NCBI GenBank assembly: GCA_951406725.2
Contig: OX597815.1
Coordinates: 162,440,001-162,504,000 of the forward strand
Source of the DNA: Octopus vulgaris
Lineage: Eukaryota
Direction: 5' to 3'
Length of the DNA: 64,000 nt
In this document: positions 54,401-64,000 of the stretch, piece after piece
Position numbering within the stretch: position 1 is the stretch's first letter
Layout of the letters: every line of letters begins with the position of its first letter
Made by a program: the position numbers and the translations under genes
The notes under the pieces: generated by a model
Seen by the model: the letters and a program-made list of their open reading frames with translations, nothing else
Databases searched by the model: none
Told to the model about the DNA's origin: nothing

Positions 54401-55403
54401 TACCTCGTGTGTGAATATATCACAGTGCAATTATGAACTTGTGACCTATTTCATTGATGACCCATCCATCACAAACAGTTAAACACATTATGTCAAATAT
54501 TTTAAATCCTAGTTATAACAATTATATTTTGGTGTACTTTGCTACCAATTCTACAATAGAGGACAACGGGGAGAGGGATGCTTCTACATGGTTGCTTGAT
54601 TTTCTAGAAACAACAGCTGAATTTCTTTTAAGTCAGATACCATTTTCTAAAACAATGATGAATACAATGTAATGCCCAGTAACCTCTAAAAGATGCAATT
54701 ATCATGGCTGGAAGACTTTTGATCATAATTTTGTTTAATGAAGAAAGACCTAGTTAAACAACAACACGGATATATATATATATGTGTTTGCGTGTGTGTG
54801 CACAGATATATGAAGTACAAAAGAATGACCTCAGGACACTAAACCTTTCAGGCAAGATGACAAAGGATCGAGATGCCAGGTGCCTTGCCATACTCAAGAA
54901 GACCAGTATGCCACAGCAGAAGTGTGAAGTCCAATTCTTCTGGCAGTGCTACATAAAAGCACTTGTGCGGTGCCATATAAAAGCGGCCAGCAAACTCTGT
55001 AAAGTGGTTGGCATTAGGAAGGGCATCCAGCTGTAGAAACGATGCAAATCAGACTGGAGTCTTGCGCAGCTCTCCAGCTTGCCAGCTATGGTCAAACTGT
55101 CCATCCCATGCCAGCATGGACAATGGATGTTAAATGATGATGATGGTGATGAAACATATATAGTAAAATAAGGATTCAGATAGAATCAGGTACTTGAAAA
55201 GATATGCAGCAGGTGGGGGTGGATAAACCTGTGGTTCTGGCTTATAGTTGGTAAGTATCAAATAGGATATTCCGGTTGTGTACACAGAAAACTAACTCTA
55301 TGAGTATTTAGCGCCTAGAGCCTGGTCCAAATCACGTATTACATTGAATAGAACGTTGTTGGTATACTCTAGGGTGTCCGACAAGTAAATCCCCTAGGTG
55401 TAT

Positions 55404-56015
55404 TATAATCAAATGAGTAATAACATGTGATGGATAAATGTCAGCTCATTACAACTGTTTCTTATGCATCTTTTTAACAGAAGAATGAGAATATTACTCC
55501 ATTACAGAGAAATCGTAATCATTGGATGAGAAGTAATTTTACAAACAAAAGAATATCCCAAGAATACAGCAGGGATGTGGCAGAAGTTTGTCAAGGCCAA
55601 CTATGAAATGGGAGACTGATCTTTCCATACTTCCCACTGCTCTAAAGCCTACTATAATAAAATATCAGCTACACGACTCCAGTCTACCTATGAACTAGTC
55701 TAAGACACTCCTTTCTCACCCGGGTTGCTGACCTTAGATATCATATTACACACTTTCAAGAACTATATTCTTAAACTCAATGGCCAACTTAGTTGGTCAG
55801 TCTCCCATTTCATAGTTGGCCTCAACAGACTTCAGCCACATCCCTGCTGTATTCTTGGGATATTCTTTTGTTCGTAAAATTACGTTTCATCAGATGATTG
55901 CGGTTTCTTGTAATGCAGTAAAATTTCTCATTCTTCAATTAAAAAATGTGTAAGAAACAGCTGTAATGAGCTGACAATTATCCATCATATGTTATTATTC
56001 ATTCATTTGATTATA
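55404..56015. mobile_element. Penelope-like element with ~215-bp inverted pLTR arms, each carrying a decayed hammerhead
   Basis: Arms 55404-55619 and 55797-56015 are reverse complements. The right arm reads TTCAT-CAGATGA-TTGCG...TGTAA-GAAAC-AGCT-GTA-ATGAG. Confidence 0.75.
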
Positions 56016-56040
56016 CACACACACATATAAGAATAAGGTG

Positions 56041-56520
56041 TAGGCAGACAGACAATTGGAATCTGATCAGATTATGAAGCTTATATATTTACACAACTTG
56101 AAGGTTTAAAATAATGTTTTAGGAGTTTAGATCACAAGAGATAAATAAAAGATCAGTTGAGGCATGTTCATAATGGTTGTGATATATGCTGGTATTCTCC
56201 TGGAACAATTATAAGGGAAGGCCATATTATTGATATTAGATAGTAGGTTAATGAAGGTCATCACAAATAAAATCAAAGTTGGATGAGCAGATGGAAGGTG
56301 TGCATATAGCCCTTACACCTGTTTCAAGAATAAATGCGCAATTGGTGCAATTCCTTACAAGCAGTCTGCAAGCAGCATTTTAGTGGCAATCTATTCCTCT
56401 TCAGTGGAATAGTTTTGATCTCTTGTGATCTAAACTCCCAAAACATTTTCAGCCTTCAAGTTATGTAAATATATAAATATATGTCATATTCTGACCAGAT
56501 GCAAGTTGTTTGCCTGACTA
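56041..56520. repeat. Inverted repeat with ~105-bp arms and a ~270-bp spacer (MITE-like or PLE-like)
   Basis: 56041-56143 (...ggagtttagatcacaagagat) versus 56416-56520 (atctcttgtgatctaaactcc...). Confidence 0.75.
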
Positions 56521-57741
56521 TACCAATGTCATTGAATGTAAATCATCCTACAAGAAATAATAAGTGTCTAACTGTTTGGATAATAATAAAAATATATATT
56601 GTTTTATAGGCATATCTCACCTTTTGTAGTTTCAAATTACATGTTTTCCGACTTTACATAATAAAAAAAAAAAATTAATGGGAAAATAAACCCCAAATTA
56701 AGTTGATTTACCTGATTTTATGTTTGTCATATTTAAAGGAAAACATATTTAAAACCATAAAAACTTTTTTAAAAAGCAACAAAATACTTAAATACCAGTA
56801 CTGATGTAGAAAATCAAATAAAATACACGTGAAAATATGCACAAATCATTTATTAAAGCACATTAAATTTTTAAAACATTTTTTGTGTTACATCATTTTT
56901 TAAGTTAAGTCACATATCTTGGAACCAGTAATCAATGTAAGTTGACGCATGCCTGTATAAGGAATTCTATGATCGTGTTTTTTTTGCACTATTTCTAGCA
57001 AAAACTTAACATTGAATGTGTGTTTGTATGTTATTTTTTCTTTTGTTTATATAAAGTTAGAACCCTCATAGAAAGCGAAAATATAAAAAAAATATAAAAT
57101 TAGCATTTCTCAAACATTCGATCATTTTGAATTTAATTTCAGATTTAGAACTGATTAAAGATTATCAATAATACTGATATCAAAGAATACCATTCAATTA
57201 TAAATTAACTTCAGATGTTATAATTTTTAGTGAAAATTACATTTTAAAATTATTGTAAAAGCAATTATGGATATGGCTAGCAAACACATTAATTACAGTA
57301 AGAGGACATGCATTGAAAATCAAAGATAATTTTTTTTTGCTGCTTACTTTCCCTCAAATTATAACATGTTGTATATGTTGATACATAAAACATTTTAATC
57401 TTAATCACCTCCAATAGGGGCGGTCATCTTATACAATCAGCTATAACAAGTCTACCTTAGAACCAATGGTACACAGTAAGTTGTTTGCAAGGGTAACTGT
57501 TGATGGTAGGCTAATCTATGCCTTGGTAACTTTCACATGGCTTATCCCTTTAATTATTTCAGTCATTAAACTGTGGCCATCCTGGGGCAGGGCATTGCTT
57601 TGAAGGGTTCAGTCAAACAAATTGATCTCAGAACTTGTTTTTAACCCTGGTACTTATTCTATTGATCTCTTCTTACCAAAGTGCTAAGTTATGGGGGCAT
57701 AAACAAACCAAAAGCAGCTGTCAAGCAGTGATGAGAGACAA

Positions 57742-57772
<31 letters not shown>

Positions 57773-60700
57773 CAATGGGCTTCTTTCAGTTTCCTTCAAG
57801 CAAATCCACTCACGAGGCTTTGGTTGGCCAAGGAATTTAGTAGAAAACACTTGTTGCATTTATTGGGAGTGAACCTAAAACCATGTGGTTGGGAAGCAAG
57901 CTTCTTACCACACACCCATGCCAGGAACTGCATGTATAACAAATGTAATTAGACATTAAATGAAGGAATCAGATTAAGGAAGATGAAAGAAAACTATTTG
58001 AAAAGATTTCATAAGAAACACTTAATGATGCTGCAAACAGTAGCTGCTGCTGCATCTTTTGTTTCATTTTCTTTTCCAAATATTAAACAGAGAGAAATAC
58101 TCCAAGTTCTTTTTTTGTACTGGACTAAAGTTGATTGAATTGAAAAAGAAATGAATAATGAAGAAACGCATGGTAACTAAAAGGTTGATGTTGTTCATCC
58201 AGTAGAGCTTACTCAGTTCATTTCCTTGACTTTCCTTCAAAATCTTACACATTTAATACTCATGGCTCTACCATGCAACAAGCCGCTTACATACTTCTTA
58301 TACACATCTTATTTCTTGCATACAGAAACCTATTGTAATTTTAACTCAGGGTCAGCTTCGGGTATTCCAGCCATGACTATTGTCTTTTCATTTATTCAGG
58401 AATAGTAGATCAAGACTGGACTATGTTCTGTGTTGTTGAAGAAGACACTTTATTTCATGTTGCTCCAGTTCACTCAGCTGTAGAAATGAGTTGTAACATC
58501 ATTGGTGGCAAGCTGTATTGGCTTTTGCCTTTCCCTTGGATAACATCAGTGGCATGGAGAGGGAGGCTGGTATGCATGGGCGACTGCTGGTCTTCCATAA
58601 GCAACCTTGCCTGGACTTTTGCCTTGGAGGGGAACTTTCTAGTTGCAGTCCCATGGTCAGTCATGACTGAAGGGGGGTTCTTCACCCTTTTAGTTGATCT
58701 AGAACTACATTACCCAAAGAGTCAACTTTTAAGATAGTAAAGTGTCATTTGAAGGATATTTGATAGGTTAACCCATTCGGATTCATATTATTTTGACAAA
58801 TGTAATTCTTATTCATTCAAATTGTTTTGAATTAATCATGCTTTATCTTACAGTTTTGAGATTTTGATAATGTGATTGTTTAATTTTAGAAATAGATTAT
58901 AGAATAGATGTTAGAGGCCAGATCTGGTTAGTTTCACCATAAAACAGATAGAATATTTGGGCCAGATATGGTTGGTTTAAATGCTAAAGGGTCAAGCAAC
59001 TACACAGAGACTCCTCTGTTGGTTTGTTAATTTTCAGAGGTAATAAATCTATAAATGCCTCCCTTCTGTCTCTCTTATTTCAGCTACCACAGTTTTTATC
59101 ACAACTTCCAACATTAATAGTAACCATAGAATTTCAAATGCCACCAGGGTCGACTTTGCCTTTCATCCTTACAGGTCAATAAAATAAGTACCAGTTGAGC
59201 ACTGGGGACAATATAATCAACTAAGCCCCCACCCCTGATATTTCTGGCTTTGTACCAAAATTTGAAACCATGGTATAAAAAGTGATCCATTTCAGAGCAT
59301 CAGTGGATTACAATTCATAAATGTTGTTATGGTTTAACATATGTAAAGTTATGGTTGCCTACCAGTCTGACAGAGAATTACAATACTTGTGTAACTGCTG
59401 ACAGCATTAAATACACAGTACTTAGTCCCTATTTTCTTTGTTTCTACATACTGAGCAAACCCACTATCCAGATATTACTAAGGTTGATTGCTGCCTATTA
59501 CATACATACTGTCTGAGGGTGTTGAAGACACAGAAATTTTTCTGGTTGAAATATATCTTGAAACGAAAAAGATATAGCCAATGAAATTATAATTGGATAG
59601 CAGAGGCTGTATACAAACTCAGACAGAGGTTAAATAACTTTTAAAGATATTTTGGTTGTGACAAAGACATATAAATATAGGTATGGTACTTATATGCAAT
59701 GAATAAGAGTAATAAAAATAGCACAAAAATGAAGAGATATTCAGAGCACAAATGAACCAAGACATATCTCAGAGAGCTAACAAATAATTGTTAAGATCAG
59801 TGGTCAAAAATAGAGACAGACAAAATAAAAGGAAAATATAGCAGACTTATTCTGAGATATATAGGTATATTGGCAGAATTTTTAGAATGTCATTAAATGC
59901 AAGATATTTAAACTTTTTAACTCATCCTCTGAGTTCAGATCCTGCCAAGGCTGGTACTGCCTTTCCTTTTTTTTTTTTTTTTTGAGGGATGTTAAAATAA
60001 GTACCAGTGAGTGCTGAGACTGATATAATTAGCTGTTCCCTCCCACATGAAATTCAATATGGATGATTGCCTTTTGGTGGGTACCTCTGGCCATTGATAA
60101 GTCAAGCAGTGGACTTTTTATTTACAGTGTGTGTGTGTGTGTGTGTGTGTCCATAAATAAACAACAGTACGGTCATTAAAACATCTGATGGTGAATATGT
60201 TAGACTAGTGAGTTTTTGCTATGGTTCTTCTGTCTTAGGTAATTAGTTGAGATAAAGCACTGAAATTACTTCACTTAATATTGTTGGTACATCTACTTTC
60301 ACAGAAAAATAATTAGCATTGTCATTCATGTTCTGTCATAAGATAGCTGACATTACAGTTTTCTTGATTATCAACCTTATCTTAGAGTATATACTTAGAT
60401 TATTTACACCTAACTCATAGTATCACATAGTCATCTGATATCTTATTCTGGGTTATGTATTTGGTCCCTGATTGGTTTCAAGATAGCAGTCCAATTTCTA
60501 AAGCAAGAGTATTTAGCCACTGGTGTAGAAGTAGTAGAAGTGTGAGGGCAAGTGCTGTAGCAGTGCATTGCTGCATCCACCATTTGTTGGTGATTCCCTA
60601 CTGCCCTTGGCAAATGATACCTTTGTACCACTCAGGCAACAACCCTCCAACCCATGGGTTTGTTTGGGAAGTTGTCATTGGTGAGGGTTTTACAAGGCTG

Positions 60701-61847
60701 GAGAGCAAATCCTACCTCAACTTCTTTCAGTCCCCTTTTACAACACACAGAGCCAATGTTGGGTTTATTCTTTGACATGCCAGTCCCCACACAGCACTAG
60801 AACAATATGAAAGTGTTTTGCTCAAGAACACAACATGCTGCCCAGTCCGGGAATTGAACCCATGATTTGATACCTGTGAGCACAACACCCTTAACCACTA
60901 GGCTATGCACCACTGGTGGATGCAAAATAATTGTTCCCCCAACAATTTATTATGTATTATCAAAATCTGCAGGACTATCACATACAACTTGCCATGAAAA
61001 ATATGTAAGCGCATGCGTATGTGTAAAACTTATATAAATTTTCATTATGAGCATTAACATATTTATCAATTTTACAGTATTACTTCTATTTTTATAACTG
61101 CAGTAGGTTTCCCTATGCCCTCATGTTCTGCTCCCCATAAAATCTTGCAAATAACCGGTCTATCTACTTCTACTCATCTTGTGCTTTGAAGGGTCACCTT
61201 GGCAGGTTATCATCATTATTTATCATGTGCAGCTCTTTCTGATCACTTCTCTTTCCTTCTCTTCTACCAAATGTGAGCAGCCATGCAGATCCTCTACAAG
61301 AATCTGCTCTGACCATCTCTCATACTTTAATCTCTCATCCCCTAGCATGAAGATGACCCCTACTTCCTGCATGGTTCATAGTTCTGAGCTGAATGGTTAC
61401 CTCAATAGCACGAACAAATAAGAAAAGGAAAATATTTAACTGACAATGACTTCAAATACTATTTTCTAAACAACTTAATTGCATCCAAAAAAAAAAAAAA
61501 GATGTGGAAAACCTTTCAGACTGACTTTATTAGGTCCTTTGCGCAAGTGAAAATACCTTAACCCTGTTTACTCCAACAAAATCAAAAGAAACAGTTGCTA
61601 ATAATGTACTTGTTCTCTGTCATCTTATTTCATAACGTCATCTTATTTCATAACTGAATGGGTGCATCTGCTTTTCATGGTGGCATGGGTCAGACAGGTC
61701 ACCATCATCAGAGAGAAAGTTTTATTTGGAGTTACTGCCATTCTAGTTATGATGAGAAGGACCATATCATGTTTATAGGATTTATTTTGACACAAATTCA
61801 ACAGCTGGACATCCTTCTTAACATCAACTACTTTATAGAGAATCTAT

Positions 61848-62045
61848 CTATCCGCTCAGTCGAAGTCGGCTCTCGGTTACTCGTTGGATCAGTGTCCTCC
61901 AGTCAGTTCTATCCTGGGCCGCTTCTTTCAAATTGGCTATGTCCATTCCGGTATCACTCTTGATGATGTCAAGCGAGCGGGTTCTTGGTCGGCCTCTTCC
62001 TCTCTTGCCACTGACCATTCCGAGCATGATGTCCTTCTCCAGGGA
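61848..62045 (-). mobile_element. RTE-type LINE 3' fragment
   Basis: SLEKDIMLGMVSGKRGRGRPRTR..D.IK.......L.EAAQDR..WR is a typical RTE/BovB ORF C-terminus. Similar remnants occur at about 18860-19040(+) and 48960-49170(+). Confidence 0.85.
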
Positions 62046-64000
62046 ATATAGAGAATACTCATTGAATTTTACCATGGCACCAGCACTACAGAGGTTGTGT
62101 CTTTGACAAGATAAAACTAAAGAGTTCTCTCAGTCTTATGATGTCTCTCCATGAAAATAATACCAACACTATGTATATTCAAATAGAGAAAATTTTAAGC
62201 CATCCAACTGAGTGTATATGTGTGTGGACAGGAAAAATACATCACTTAAAAGGGAGTGTTTATACTTATTACTCAATCTGCTATAAATAGCAGACAAATC
62301 TTCCTCAAACATAACCTACTATCATTTGACGTTGTATAACCATAGCTGAAACATCAAGGTCAAACAGCATCAACAACAACATAACTTATTCAAAGATTTA
62401 TGCCTGTATTCAATATGACGGCTGTTGTATTGCTTCAGGTCAGCCCTAATTTAACATACATAAGAACAACTCATTTTTGTTTTTTACTGTTATCAAAAAT
62501 TATATAAAAATATGTCCATTTTAAAAAAAATAATACCACCACTACCATTATTTCTATATGTTCTGTTCTCACTGAATTGGTAGAGTAGCGAGCAAAATGC
62601 TTTGCTCTAATTAGCTACACCTTCTCATATTCTCAGTTCAAATCCGGATGAAGTTTACATTCACTTTCATACTTCTTGAAGGAAGAAATGGTGATAAAAT
62701 AAGAACTAATAATATACTGAGGTAGACATAATTGAGTGTTACCTTCATCTCCATCCTACCAACAAGAAAGAAAATCATTGTGGCCTTGTGCCTATATTTG
62801 AAATCAATATTATAATATTTCCTGATGTTGCTTCAAGCTTCAATTTAAAAATGCTTTACATTTGTTTCTGTTTTTTTTCTTCTCTCTCTCAAACTACATC
62901 CCACTCCACTCTAATCAATAAAACTAACAGCATTACCAGCAATTTTCTTGTTGTATGCTCAATAAGAATTTCAAAATTTAAAGTAAATGTTTATTGCTTT
63001 CACTTTTCATTCTGAAGTATATTATGTTGCCTTGTCAGTTTCAATTATGTTTTGCTGCTTAAAAAAAGCAAAAACGATCAATTCACTTTCACTTTCATTT
63101 TCTCATGCTCTCCACCCATTCTGCTGCTATCTCACACACAACACACCTGCTAACAATCGCTTTGTTTGGATTAAGAGAGGCACTTAAGTAAACAAATTCA
63201 AATTCTTTCAGATGAGTTTTCCCCTTATTCATGTAATGCTACCACTGTATTAAGTGCTGTATAATTAAACATGTCAGCTTTCCTAGTGGTGGTGGTAACA
63301 ACAGTAGTGGAAGGAGGAGCTGACATGAACAAAATTAGAACACCAAAGCTATAACTTCCATGCTTCTGATTATGTGATTTTTCTAATGAATCTCCTAACA
63401 GAGATAAATGAATATGCTGGTAAAGATATGTAGTGCAAATAGAAGATATGAGTAGATTTAAGAAAGTGAAGCAAGAGGGCAGAGAGTAAAGAAAACAAAA
63501 GGTAATGGGCTGGGTTAATACAGTCCTCTTCCTCCTTAAACACCAACATTTTATATTTTGATGTAAGCAGTTCACTTGTGGTACATTATCAGCAATGCCC
63601 TCTGTTAAGTCTATCCAAGGTTTCCCTTTATCTGGCAATTTTGCCATTCCTCTACTCCATTGTGTGCCTTTAGGTGACTCTCAATAGTACTTGTAGAGGC
63701 TGTTATAGGGAGTCATAGAGAAACGCATATAAGGTTTAATGGAGTGCTTAAAGCCCGACTGCTGTCTTTAAAAGTCTATCATGGTTCTATCAACAGTGCT
63801 CAGTCTATTCTAAATACATGTTCAGACAGACTCTAGCAACTCTATAATGTCAAAGTTCAGCTGTCTGTAGTCCACATTTTCTTGAGGTGGGCTTGCTAAT
63901 CCAACTTGATAATTGTTTGTGTTGAAGAAGATATAAGCCATTTGCAGTGGAAAGAAAGCACTGTTTTTGGCCATGTTTTCACTTTTTTTCTACTAAATAG

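Noticed and set aside
63225-63990. 140-aa minus-strand ORF and upstream coding-like sequence
   Set aside because: No MBOAT similarity or clear splice sites. It is possibly a very decayed LINE RT remnant, but no motif was secure.

Overview
AT-rich, microsatellite- and SINE-dense eukaryotic DNA. The repeat families and (TA)n/(CA)n/(ATT)n content point to an octopus (coleoid cephalopod) genome; this is an inference. The only well-supported gene is the 3' part of an MBOAT7/LPIAT1 (lysophosphatidylinositol acyltransferase) orthologue on the minus strand. Five GT-AG exons (51408-51258, 44643-44492, 23851-23643, 22712-22539, 20593-20254) splice in frame to 341 aa plus TGA, and the 5' exons probably lie beyond base 64000. 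Nearly all other ORFs in the track are microsatellite or repeat artefacts. The rest of the window is mobile DNA: tRNA-derived SINEs, Tc1/mariner/maT, pogo, hAT and piggyBac-type MITEs, Helitrons, and Tx1- and RTE-type LINE remnants. The most notable signal is a set of at least seven Penelope-like remnants carrying minimal type-I hammerhead-ribozyme motifs. One is nearly intact and sits next to a GIY-YIG fragment. Several lie in long inverted repeats or palindromes inside MBOAT7 introns, which would give long intronic dsRNA in a lineage known for extensive A-to-I editing. All alignments and folds were done by eye.
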